Shown: positions 23,177-32,000 of the stretch, one piece after another
How the letters are laid out: the number at the start of each line of letters is the position of its first letter
Position numbering within the stretch: the first letter of the stretch is position 1
From: Candidatus Lokiarchaeum ossiferum
Lineage (GTDB): Archaea; Asgardarchaeota; Lokiarchaeia; Sigyniarchaeales; Promethearchaeaceae
Length of the DNA stretch: 32,000 nucleotides
Assembly (NCBI GenBank): GCA_025839675.1
Contig: CP104013.1
Span: 4,590,001-4,622,000 of the forward strand
Direction: 5' to 3'
Notes under the pieces: generated by a model
Told to the model about the DNA's origin: nothing
Seen by the model: only the letters and a program-made list of their open reading frames with translations
Databases searched by the model: none
Position numbers and translations under genes: made by a program

Positions 23177-26086
23177 GTGAAATGTATGCCACAAAGCAAT
23201 AAGGATGTTATTTCTGAACTATTTGATGATATAGACAATCAAATTTCTTCAAAACAATATGATAAAGCAGTTGATTTAATTGGTTCTTTATTAATGGAAC
23301 ATGTTTTTCATAAAAGTGAGAAATTCTTAGCCAAATGTTTGGAATTAATTAATATCATTTGTGATAAAACAAATTATACTGTCGATACTATCACCGAATT
23401 TATCGCACCATTATTAGATCATGAGGAATATTGGGTTCGACAAGATGTTCTTGGCATACTAAAAAAAATATATCCTTCGGTTTCCCTAGGCAAGTTTGAT
23501 TCTCTAATTGAAAAATGTGAAGCTAAATTATTTGATCCTGATAAGAAAGTCCGAGAAATAGCAGTATCTTTAGTTGCTACTATTATTAAGAAATCATATA
23601 CTGATTATCCCGATATTTATTTGACATATTGTCGTATGTTTGATGATGACTCTTGGAAAGTTCGTGCTAAATCGTTGGAAGGAGTATTAGAATTTTTAAC
23701 TCCTGAGTCAAATCCTCCTGTTGATTTAATCAATGCACTCAAGGAAAACTTGACCCATTTATTTAAAGATCCTGATGAAGAAATTCGAGGATTTGCTTCC
23801 GAAGTGATGAAAGCATTATGTTTTCATATGGAATCTGATGAGATTATTACGATTTTGCAACCAATTCTTGAGGATGATGATTGGGAAATCCGAGAAAAGG
23901 GTATTTGGATAATTGGAGAGATTGGTTATCTTTATTTCAGTGAATTTGAGGTATTATTTAATATAATGATATCGCTATTTTCTGATCAAATCATGATGAT
24001 CCAGACAAAGGTGATTGATGCTTTTGTTAAGATTGGAAAAACTCAAAGTAAAAATCTATTTCGCTTGTTTTTGGATTATTTATCCAGTATATGTAATATA
24101 GCTGAATGTAAAGATCAAGAAGATGGAATTTCGGAAACATTAATTTTCATTTCTCTTCAAAATATGAAAAAATTGCTTCCTATTCTAATCATTGAATTAC
24201 AAAACCCAATACAAATCATCCGTGATATCATTGCGAATTGTTTATTAAAAATATATATGGAAAAACCCGACGCTTTCGAAGAAGAACTCTATAAAATGTT
24301 TCAAGGCTTAGATCCTGAAGATTGGCGTCAACGAAAGCAACATATTAGTTTGGTGGGAGATTTAGCTTATATTTTACATATTCAATCTGTAGCAATATGG
24401 ACTGCAATCAATTTAAAAAACTGGCAATCTCTAGAAAAGGATTTGGATGTATTAGATGAGATAGAAAATTCGTTGTCTAAAATTAAGAATGTATATGAGA
24501 ATATTGATACTGAAATACAAGAAGTTGAAAAGCGAAAAATTTCCTTTTATAAAGGATTAGACAAATTCCAATCCCTTTCTACAAATCTTCGAGGAAAAAC
24601 CGAGCAGCTTATTATCAAGAAGAAATTTAATGATGCGGAGGTTCTCTTGGAAGAAGAAGGAAATAGAATTTCCGAAAAACTCAACGAATTTGAAAAGATC
24701 TTGTATGAATCCGAGTTTAAGCGTTTTTCTGTCGATATTTTGCAAGATTTCAAAGAAATTAAAGAAGAGATCTTGGAAAATATCTCTGATATTAAGGCTG
24801 TTATGTTCAATCAAATATGTGATGGACGTGCGGAATATTTAGAAGATCTTCAGGATGTTGTAAAAAATATTGAAGAATCTATTTTAGATGTTAAAAATGA
24901 TTATCAATTTGTTTTGAACTTAGAAAAGAAAATTGAGAACTTAGATTATCAAAATGACCCCTCCAAGATTGAATCCTTTCTAGATCGCATTTCCCATATT
25001 AGAGAGAAGTTGTACACCTTGGAATTCAAGATTGGACAAACTTGGTTAAATAATTTGGAATTTAAAGAATTTCTAAAAGAAGTGACAATATATTGGGTTG
25101 ATGTAAAAATTGAGGTTCAGCAGTATATTGGCAACATTTTCCAGAAGTTTAATTTATTACAATCTGAAATCGATGGGACCAATGGAGAATATTCCGATCT
25201 GAAGCGTAAAATTACCTTCAATTTTCTCAATTCAAACTTACAAAATATTATTTTGCAAGCTGTGCAGAGCCAACGGGATGTGCTTGAACGATTTGATTCT
25301 ATTACTGAGCCGATATACCAAGAAATTAAAAAACGAAGGTTTAAAGAAGCTCATCATCTGGTATCTCTTACCATCAATAATTTATATAATACAATTGAAA
25401 ATTACAATAAAGAAATTAACCATATTTATAATGATTTAGATAAAATTAATCTTTCAGCGGAAGCGTTAGCTGAAGTGCGAAATTATGTGAATAATTGGGC
25501 TGATGTAAAAGATTCACTTATTGAAAAAATTCGATCTTTCCAAAAAGAAGTTGAAGACGAATTGTTTATTCAAGAAGTTCGCGAGTATTTGAAATATATG
25601 AATCCGATTCCATTGGATCGTCTAGAGAAAGCCCTTTCAATACAAAAGAAGCATTTGAAGGATCGCTTATTTGCTTTAATCGAAGATCGTACTCTCCATG
25701 CAGAAATTCACAATGAAGAATTAATCATACCTGAACGTCCTTTAGGTGAAAATCTGTTGTCTTTCTCCCGTAAGGTTGAGATTATTGGTTCAAGAATAAC
25801 ATTTAATCTACGTATTTATAACCCTACCAAGTTTTTCCTCAATGATATGGGATTGATCTTCATTTTTCCAGAGTTTTTAAACCTTCAAAAGGAAGACAGC
25901 GATTTAACTGAGATTTTTATTCGGGAATTTGAACCAGAAGCAATCAGAGTCATACAGTGGAATTTTCGTTTGGAAAAACAAAATGAAAAGAAGTACGAAG
26001 TCAAAAAATGGTTGTTAAATGTGTCTTACCGCAACCCCTTCGATGAGATAACAACATTCCAGAAAGAGATGGAAATTATTTTTTAA
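23177..26086 (+). CDS. Large HEAT-solenoid / helical-rod / winged-helix-like / beta-sandwich protein
   Basis: 969 aa (GTG 23177 or ATG 23186). HEAT-type repeats: EEYWVRQDVLGILKKIYP, DPDKKVREIAVSLVATIIKK, DDDSWKVRAKSLEGVLEFL, DPDEEIRGFASEVMKAL, DDDWEIREKGIWIIGEIG. E/K/I/N-rich helical rod spans aa ~400-790. PIPLDRLEKALSIQKKHLKDRLFALIEDRTLHAEIHNEELII spans nt ~25568-25732. Strand-like C-terminus: RITFNLRIYNPTKFFLNDMGLIFIF, AIRVIQWNFRL, WLLNVSYRN. Confidence 0.85.
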   Translation: MKCMPQSNKDVISELFDDIDNQISSKQYDKAVDLIGSLLMEHVFHKSEKFLAKCLELINIICDKTNYTVDTITEFIAPLLDHEEYWVRQDVLGILKKIYPSVSLGKFDSLIEKCEAKLFDPDKKVREIAVSLVATIIKKSYTDYPDIYLTYCRMFDDDSWKVRAKSLEGVLEFLTPESNPPVDLINALKENLTHLFKDPDEEIRGFASEVMKALCFHMESDEIITILQPILEDDDWEIREKGIWIIGEIGYLYFSEFEVLFNIMISLFSDQIMMIQTKVIDAFVKIGKTQSKNLFRLFLDYLSSICNIAECKDQEDGISETLIFISLQNMKKLLPILIIELQNPIQIIRDIIANCLLKIYMEKPDAFEEELYKMFQGLDPEDWRQRKQHISLVGDLAYILHIQSVAIWTAINLKNWQSLEKDLDVLDEIENSLSKIKNVYENIDTEIQEVEKRKISFYKGLDKFQSLSTNLRGKTEQLIIKKKFNDAEVLLEEEGNRISEKLNEFEKILYESEFKRFSVDILQDFKEIKEEILENISDIKAVMFNQICDGRAEYLEDLQDVVKNIEESILDVKNDYQFVLNLEKKIENLDYQNDPSKIESFLDRISHIREKLYTLEFKIGQTWLNNLEFKEFLKEVTIYWVDVKIEVQQYIGNIFQKFNLLQSEIDGTNGEYSDLKRKITFNFLNSNLQNIILQAVQSQRDVLERFDSITEPIYQEIKKRRFKEAHHLVSLTINNLYNTIENYNKEINHIYNDLDKINLSAEALAEVRNYVNNWADVKDSLIEKIRSFQKEVEDELFIQEVREYLKYMNPIPLDRLEKALSIQKKHLKDRLFALIEDRTLHAEIHNEELIIPERPLGENLLSFSRKVEIIGSRITFNLRIYNPTKFFLNDMGLIFIFPEFLNLQKEDSDLTEIFIREFEPEAIRVIQWNFRLEKQNEKKYEVKKWLLNVSYRNPFDEITTFQKEMEIIF

Positions 26087-26129
26087 TATTAGGTTATTCA
26101 AATAGAGAAAGAAAGAGAAAAAATCTATT

Positions 26130-26621
26130 TTACATGTAAAAGGAAGCGCCAGGATCTTCGTCTTCGTCATCCTCGTCATCATCTTTCTTCTTTTGACGCT
26201 TTCCAAATAGTTGATCCATCATGCTTCGGGAAATTTGTTCCATCATTTTTGGATCGAGACCCATTTTTTCAAGATCTTTTAAATTTCCTCCTCCGAATGG
26301 CATGATCTGAACTCCTACCTTTTTATTTGCCATAGCTTGTTTTTTTTGACGGATCATCTTTTCTTGTTGAATTTTCCGCTTCTTGATTTCCTTTCCATGT
26401 TTCTTTTCCAGAATTTTTTGGAGTCTAGTAATTAGGAGGTTTTCAAGTTCTTCAGCTTCTTTCATGAAAAGTTCTTCTTCTGTCATCTCTTTTTCAATGT
26501 TGTGAATCGATTCTTCAATGCTGGCTTGATCCGGTGCGAATGTTGTTAGGGCTTCAATGCTATGTTGAATATTGGCCCAATTAATCATTGCCCAGGCTGC
26601 GCTGCGTTTCAGTGTTGTCAT
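26130..26621 (-). CDS. Hypothetical helical protein with K-rich centre and acidic C-terminal tail
   Basis: 163-aa ORF in a gap with no competing gene. EELFMKEAEELENLL...KKRKIQQEKMIRQKKQ...GLDPKMMEQISRSMMDQLFGKRQKKKDDDEDDEDEDPGASFYM. No family recognised. Confidence 0.6.
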   Translation of the reverse strand: MTTLKRSAAWAMINWANIQHSIEALTTFAPDQASIEESIHNIEKEMTEEELFMKEAEELENLLITRLQKILEKKHGKEIKKRKIQQEKMIRQKKQAMANKKVGVQIMPFGGGNLKDLEKMGLDPKMMEQISRSMMDQLFGKRQKKKDDDEDDEDEDPGASFYM

Positions 26622-26716
26622 TATTTTTCGCTCTTAAATAAAAAGAATAAACGTCAATATAAATAATTGATTACTAGAATAATATCAAAATTTAATTAAA
26701 AAGTGAATAAAAAATA

Positions 26717-27712
26717 ATGCCAATTGTCTACAAACCTAGTGAAATATTAAAAAATGTTTATTTAATAGATACGATGCAATTTTCGATTCCCCGAATCACA
26801 AGCGCATATTGTTATTGGGATGGTGAAAAATGTCTTCTAATGGATATAGGAACCAGTGATAACGTTCCAATTGTTATTCGAGCCTTGAAAAAAATGCATA
26901 TTCCCTTGGAAAAAGTGGAAGGAATTATGTTAACTCACTACCATTTTGATCATGCAGGAGGTTCCCTTCGTATATGGCGTAAATTGGTGAAACGCAATCC
27001 TAACTTTAAAATAATAACCACCAAAAAAATGCGAGAGAAATTGCAAAATGCAGAAGACCACATAATAGGTGCTCGTACTACTTTTGGAGAATTTGTTGGT
27101 ACTATGAAACCAATTTCTCCAGAATTTGCAGATCAAGCATTTTTTGAAGTGGAACCCGATAGCCCATTGCCCCTCAATTTGAAGAATAATTATGTTCTTC
27201 AATTACTATCAACTCCTGGTCATACTGGAGGGCATCTTTCTCCAACGATATTCCAGAACAATTCTCCCATATTTTGTTTTGCTGGAGAAACAGTTGGATG
27301 TTTATATCATAGTACAAAAATCTCTCCTCAACCAACTTCAATGCCTCCTAATTTCAATTATGATCTTACAATGCAAAGCTTGGAAAAATTACGAAAATTA
27401 AATCCTATTAACTTAGCTTTTTGTCACTTCGGTGTGATTACTGGATCAGAAGATGTTAACCGGTATTTCGAAGAGTTCCAAGAATACATGACTTCTCTAC
27501 GTTCCACTGTGATAGAATTATATTCTAAAAATCCAAGTACAAAATTCATAGTGGAAAATACTGCATTATTTTTCTCAAGTAATGGTGAAAGGGTTGATGA
27601 GTATTATCGAACAGTTCCCCAGAGCCAAAAATTCTTCAAAAATCTTCATTTAGCTCTAATTTATGGCCTTTTAGTTGATTTAGGTTATAGGAAATCGAAA
27701 TATGAAAAGTAA
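26717..27712 (+). CDS. Metallo-beta-lactamase-fold hydrolase
   Basis: Signature THYHFDHAGG (HxHxDH), with later His (TPGHTGGH) and CHFG ligand positions. Confidence 0.85.
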   Translation: MPIVYKPSEILKNVYLIDTMQFSIPRITSAYCYWDGEKCLLMDIGTSDNVPIVIRALKKMHIPLEKVEGIMLTHYHFDHAGGSLRIWRKLVKRNPNFKIITTKKMREKLQNAEDHIIGARTTFGEFVGTMKPISPEFADQAFFEVEPDSPLPLNLKNNYVLQLLSTPGHTGGHLSPTIFQNNSPIFCFAGETVGCLYHSTKISPQPTSMPPNFNYDLTMQSLEKLRKLNPINLAFCHFGVITGSEDVNRYFEEFQEYMTSLRSTVIELYSKNPSTKFIVENTALFFSSNGERVDEYYRTVPQSQKFFKNLHLALIYGLLVDLGYRKSKYEK

Positions 27713-27728
27713 AAAATGCTAAAAAAAA

Positions 27729-30700
27729 TTATTTATTGAGCTCAATTGAGCTAAATACCAGTTTTTGAAAGATTTCAAATAATTTTTCGGGTTCTTCCTT
27801 GTAATTTTGGATAAAACCTTGAGCGGAATCCGGTTTCCCTCCTCCTTTTCCATTCACTTTTTGTAAAAATTGCTTGGAGATTTTTGATAAATTATATTCT
27901 TTAATTTTTTCTCCACGCATTACTATAAAATTCACACCTTTGGGGGATGATCCAATTAAGAAGATTAATCCACTATTAACTTTTTTCAATAAAGCCTTAC
28001 CCAAATTAGATAAAACTTTATTATCCATATTGGGATAAATTGCTGCAATAAATTTAACATTATGCACTTCTTTGGCATTTTCTACAAGATATTCAACATT
28101 TTTTTCTCCCACTACTATTGCGATCTGCTGAATTTCTTTTCTCATGGTCTCCCATTCTTCTTTTAATTTTTGAATTTTACCAATTAGCATATCAGTTGAA
28201 ATTTCAAAAAATCTGGACAATACATGTAATGATTGGTCTGGATCTTTTTCTTTTATAGTTAGTGTTGTCATATATTCACTGTAATCACCTGTTGACATTG
28301 CTTTTCGAAGCATTCGCCATTTTTCAAGTAATTCTTGAGATCGAGCAACAAGTTCGTCTGGAGATACTTCTAAAATCTGACTCAATTTCTTTTTGATTTT
28401 CTCATTCTTTTCAAATAGAGCCTTTGTGGCATTTCCCGCTGTATATGTCAGACGCACTATCCCATCTTGTATTTTTTGAGATTTTATTATTTTGATTTGA
28501 CCAATTTCCCGAGTATTATTCACATGGGTGCCTCCGCATGCTTCTATATCAATATCGGGGATTTCTACTACTCGTAATGATACTCCGGGAACTGCTCCCC
28601 CTTGATATAATGACATTCCATATTTGGATTCCGCTTCACTCCTTTCCATAAAACGAATGTTTGATTGAATTTCTCGTGAAACTAACTCATTTGCAACTTG
28701 TTCTATTTGGTTTACTTGCTCATCTGTTAAAGAATCGTAATGGGTTATATCCAAATGGGCTTTTTCTAGTGTTTTTTTAGCACCTGCTTGATTAATATGA
28801 TTTCCTAATATTTTTCGAGCAGCTGCATTTACAATATGTGTTGCTGTATGATGTTGAGTTAAAAGCTTCCGGCGATCTCTATCAATTTTTAGAGTAACTG
28901 TATCTCCTTCCTTAAAATCTGGTTCTTGATCTAAAATATGGATTGTTATACCTCCTAATTTTATAACATCAATAAATTTAATTGTATTGATCCAGCCATT
29001 ATCATGAAGTTGACCTCCCGATGTAGGGTATGCAATAGATGAGTCTAACACTATTGCCCAAGCCGTTATTTTTAACATTTGCTCTCCTTCGGCTTCTTCA
29101 TCTTCAATTTCATGGGTAATTTTTTGAATTTTGAGCACTTTTGCAGAATTTTCTGTTTTAGAATAGTCGGTAAAATAAAGTTTCTTTGTATCGGGTATGT
29201 TAGTTAAATCAATATCTATTTTTTTATTGGTAGCATGGACTTGAACTATTTTTTCATGACGAGCAATTACTTTTCCATAAAAATCATCCGGGATCTTAAT
29301 TTTTTTACCCAGTTTTGCTGCCGCTGCCTTTATTAGTTCTGGATTGATTCCATTACTATCATAAAGTTCAATCAACTTTTCTTCCGTGATATCCTCTTTT
29401 TTGACCAATTTTTTAACAATTTTTTCTGCTTCTTTCTTGGTGGCATAATATTTTTGTTTTTCAATTTCCAAGATTGCCTTCACTTCATTTAAGCTCTCGC
29501 TTATTTCTGGAAATATTTCAAATAATTCTTCTGCATGCCATTCACAAACTTCTCCCATATCGATATCCCAATTAAATTGATCAATGAAAGAAATTGCTCG
29601 TCTGAAAATCACTCGGAGATTATATCCTCCTCCCACATTTGAGGGGAGTTTTCCATCGGTGATGGCAAATAAAAGGGATCTAGAATGCTCCGCAATGGAA
29701 TATACTGCTGTCATAGGAACAATCTTTTCCTTTAAAGTGATAGGATCAATATTTAATTCCCTCCCAACTCGAGCCCAAGCTTCATTCATATCTTCGACTT
29801 CATCTATGTTTAGAAAGGCTGAAAATTGGGAAAATCTATTATATAGTGTATAATCCAATTCAACTTTGGTTCGTTCACGAATACGCTGAAGAACTAATGG
29901 GAAAATTGCTTCGTAGATATTTGGTGTTCCTTGGCTGAACCAAGCAACTCGTTCCATACCCAATCCCATGTCAAGTACTTTAAGATTTAATCCGATTGGG
30001 CCTTCTGGAGTTTGCTGAAACAACGTGTAAACTTGATTAAAAAGCTCAACCCCTCTGCTGAAAAATTCCATGCATGGTCCAAAACATCCTGCACCTGCCC
30101 ATGCATCCTCATGAATAACAAATTCTGTATTAGCAAGCCCAACTCCATCTACTAAGAAATCATAAATATCTCGAAAAGCTTGATCTTGATCCCATTCTTC
30201 AGGAGAAACAAATTGATGTTGTCCTATCATTACGAATCCTGTGCAATGAGACCCTGTAATGCCTACATTTTCAATATCACCAAATCGTAAACAAAATTGA
30301 GGAATTAATAGTTTTTTTGCTGGAGGGGGGACTTCACCAGAGACAACATATGGTTGAAATGCTGCAATTGATGCAATCGTAAATTCTGTGGTCGGGTTCC
30401 ATCTTGCAACCACGGGATATCTTTTAATAGGTACATATCCTCGAGGTTCTAATATTTCAACAATTTTTTTCCATACCTGGATGAAAGATAAATGATTCTT
30501 CTTGGGATTATTATTTACAACTGTAAACCCATCATTACATTCAGGTTCACCACAAGTTTCTTTTGTATGCACTGCAGTCCAGAAATATTTCTTACAATTA
30601 ATACAATGTTTTCGAATAAATCCTTTTTGTTTTAATACTGTGATAGGATAATATTTTCCTGGGTTTTCTTCAGCAATTTTCTTAAATGCTTTTTTCTGTT

Positions 30701-30734
30701 CTTTATCTGACAGAAGTTTGGCCATATGTATCAT
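27729..30734 (-). CDS. alaS: Alanine--tRNA ligase, archaeal type
   Basis: The N-terminal archaeal AlaRS pattern (FIRKHCINCKKYFWT...CGEPECNDGF) leads into the catalytic core. The editing domain has HHTATHIVNAAARK and CGGTHV zinc ligands. A C-terminal DHHA1-like GGGKPDSAQG follows. Possible starts are 30734 or 30725. Confidence 0.95.
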   Translation of the reverse strand: MIHMAKLLSDKEQKKAFKKIAEENPGKYYPITVLKQKGFIRKHCINCKKYFWTAVHTKETCGEPECNDGFTVVNNNPKKNHLSFIQVWKKIVEILEPRGYVPIKRYPVVARWNPTTEFTIASIAAFQPYVVSGEVPPPAKKLLIPQFCLRFGDIENVGITGSHCTGFVMIGQHQFVSPEEWDQDQAFRDIYDFLVDGVGLANTEFVIHEDAWAGAGCFGPCMEFFSRGVELFNQVYTLFQQTPEGPIGLNLKVLDMGLGMERVAWFSQGTPNIYEAIFPLVLQRIRERTKVELDYTLYNRFSQFSAFLNIDEVEDMNEAWARVGRELNIDPITLKEKIVPMTAVYSIAEHSRSLLFAITDGKLPSNVGGGYNLRVIFRRAISFIDQFNWDIDMGEVCEWHAEELFEIFPEISESLNEVKAILEIEKQKYYATKKEAEKIVKKLVKKEDITEEKLIELYDSNGINPELIKAAAAKLGKKIKIPDDFYGKVIARHEKIVQVHATNKKIDIDLTNIPDTKKLYFTDYSKTENSAKVLKIQKITHEIEDEEAEGEQMLKITAWAIVLDSSIAYPTSGGQLHDNGWINTIKFIDVIKLGGITIHILDQEPDFKEGDTVTLKIDRDRRKLLTQHHTATHIVNAAARKILGNHINQAGAKKTLEKAHLDITHYDSLTDEQVNQIEQVANELVSREIQSNIRFMERSEAESKYGMSLYQGGAVPGVSLRVVEIPDIDIEACGGTHVNNTREIGQIKIIKSQKIQDGIVRLTYTAGNATKALFEKNEKIKKKLSQILEVSPDELVARSQELLEKWRMLRKAMSTGDYSEYMTTLTIKEKDPDQSLHVLSRFFEISTDMLIGKIQKLKEEWETMRKEIQQIAIVVGEKNVEYLVENAKEVHNVKFIAAIYPNMDNKVLSNLGKALLKKVNSGLIFLIGSSPKGVNFIVMRGEKIKEYNLSKISKQFLQKVNGKGGGKPDSAQGFIQNYKEEPEKLFEIFQKLVFSSIELNK

Positions 30735-30778
30735 GTAGCTAGAAGTCGGGATTTTTCAAAAATTTTATGCAATTTCTT

Positions 30779-31618
30779 TTATTGGTTTATAGTGTGATTT
30801 TTAATTGAGAACCCAGAGAATATAAAAATGGGGGATAGGGTCCATAGCATATGCCCAATCCAATGGGCTGTGACATACCAAAATTGAATTGACAAAAATT
30901 CAAAAACTGCTGGTATTTTTAATAGTAGGGATAATCCCAACCAGTAAATATGTCCACATGCCATGAATACTGTTCCCAAAATTAATATTTTGATCCTTCT
31001 CCGAAAAATATCATCTGAAATGGATGGGATTGATGATCGAAGTGTAATTGAGAGAAGGATTACACTTGTGACAAATAATAAGATAACTATTGCTACAAAA
31101 GCACCTTCAATTCCATCCCAAACTGCATTAACACTCGCATTACCTTCATTAATTTCTACTTTAATCTTATCACCTGCAGATAACACAATTGAACTAGTCA
31201 GAATTAATGCTTGAATAATTCGATTGTTCCCAAAAAAATGGTGGGTTTGCTTTTCTCCAAATTTAATGTTAAAAGCAGCAACAAAATAACACCATGAAAT
31301 TATTAATGCTCCAAAAAACCCTATATCTCTAAGAATATTCGCGATAAATAGCGAAGGAAATTGTGAATCATACCCAGTATAAACCCCAATAGGAGTGAGT
31401 TCTGTAAAAGAAAGAGGTGCAATGATGTATATGAAAATATCTAATGTAATATAAATTAACCAACCAATTAAACCAACTAAATATAACGTGTTGAGCTGTG
31501 GTCTTTCTTTCAAGGATAATCCTTTATATTTCTTATTCAATTTCAGAATAATTATCAAAAATAATACTGCTTCAATCGTTTTGGGTATAGCTAAAATTAA
31601 TTGCATAATTTCAATCAT
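30779..31618 (-). CDS. Polytopic (about seven-helix) membrane protein, unknown family
   Basis: 279 aa with about seven hydrophobic segments. Conserved C-terminal motifs MACGHIYWLGLSLL and HWIGHMLWTLSPIFIFSGF are shared with the next gene. Confidence 0.75.
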   Translation of the reverse strand: MIEIMQLILAIPKTIEAVLFLIIILKLNKKYKGLSLKERPQLNTLYLVGLIGWLIYITLDIFIYIIAPLSFTELTPIGVYTGYDSQFPSLFIANILRDIGFFGALIISWCYFVAAFNIKFGEKQTHHFFGNNRIIQALILTSSIVLSAGDKIKVEINEGNASVNAVWDGIEGAFVAIVILLFVTSVILLSITLRSSIPSISDDIFRRRIKILILGTVFMACGHIYWLGLSLLLKIPAVFEFLSIQFWYVTAHWIGHMLWTLSPIFIFSGFSIKNHTINQ

Positions 31619-31738
31619 TATTCATTTACTTCTAAATGTTAATTTATATCTAATTACTTAAACAGATTAGGACTTATTATCTCTATTTGTATCACAGAAT
31701 CTGTCATACTGGAACAGATATAGTAAAAATTTCTTGTT

Positions 31739-32000
31739 TTATTCTTTAAGACCGAAATATATAAAAATAGGTGATAACATCCAAATCATGTGCCCAAACC
31801 AGTAAAAAATCTCATAACTCATGTCAAATTTAGCAAATTCGAGAAATACTGGCCAATTTCGTAGAAGACCCAAAATTAGCCAATAAATATCTCCTAAAGC
31901 CATGAAGATAATTCCATATTTCAAAAGTCTAATCTTTTTTCTATATTGTCGATCCTGGTGCTCGATTACTGTTGATTCTAGCGTTGTATTGAGTAAAATT
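31739..32000 (-). CDS. Paralogue of the preceding membrane protein; N-terminal part beyond window edge
   Basis: The track lists only 31739-31924. My manual translation upstream stays open to the window edge (...ILLNTTLESTVIEHQDRQYRKKIRLLKYGIIFMALGDIYWL...FGHMIWMLSPIFIYFGLKE). It aligns to FRRRIKILILGTVFMACGHIYWL...IGHMLWTLSPIFIFSGF of 30779-31618. Confidence 0.65.
   Translation of the reverse strand, partial: ILLNTTLESTVIEHQDRQYRKKIRLLKYGIIFMALGDIYWLILGLLRNWPVFLEFAKFDMSYEIFYWFGHMIWMLSPIFIYFGLKE

Noticed and set aside
27729-30734. AlaRS length (1001 aa) and acidic insertion HEIEDEEAEGEQ as a sign of an intein or mobile insertion
   Set aside because: There are no intein splice-junction or homing-endonuclease motifs. 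The extra length is spread over short, low-complexity linkers.

Overview
AT-rich, gene-dense, housekeeping-type archaeal chromosome. I found no CRISPR array, transposase, integrase or rRNA. All calls come from motif reading of the supplied translations plus my own translation at the window edges; no homology search was possible.

Archaeal informational genes are clear:
- Hef helicase/XPF nuclease
- a histone-fold protein
- RNA polymerase subunit K/Rpo6
- tRNA-Val(CAC)
- aIF2-gamma
- archaeal-type AlaRS
- GMP synthase
- CdhD

Interleaved with these are eukaryote-flavoured genes that, with the low G+C, suggest an Asgard (Loki-like) archaeon. This is an inference. They are:
- a Rab/Ras-like small GTPase
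- a JAMM/MPN+ metalloprotease
- three HEAT-repeat proteins
- two very large helical-rod proteins ending in beta-sandwich modules

The best candidates for undescribed biology are, in order:
1. A 969-aa protein built as HEAT solenoid, helical rod, winged-helix-like segment and beta-sandwich (23177-26086).
2. A 1118-aa protein built as coiled-coil rod, roughly 300 aa of beta-sandwich modules, a K/E-rich helix and a polybasic STTKKKK-repeat tail (12687-16043). It lies in a co-directional block with the JAMM protease, an orphan zinc-ribbon protein and a HEAT/KE-rich protein.
3. Lysine-rich tails on a histone (with a GNAT acetyltransferase next door) and on aIF2-gamma.
4. Degenerate enzymes: a Cys-less LMW-PTP/ArsC fold, and deviant G3/G4 motifs in the GTPase.
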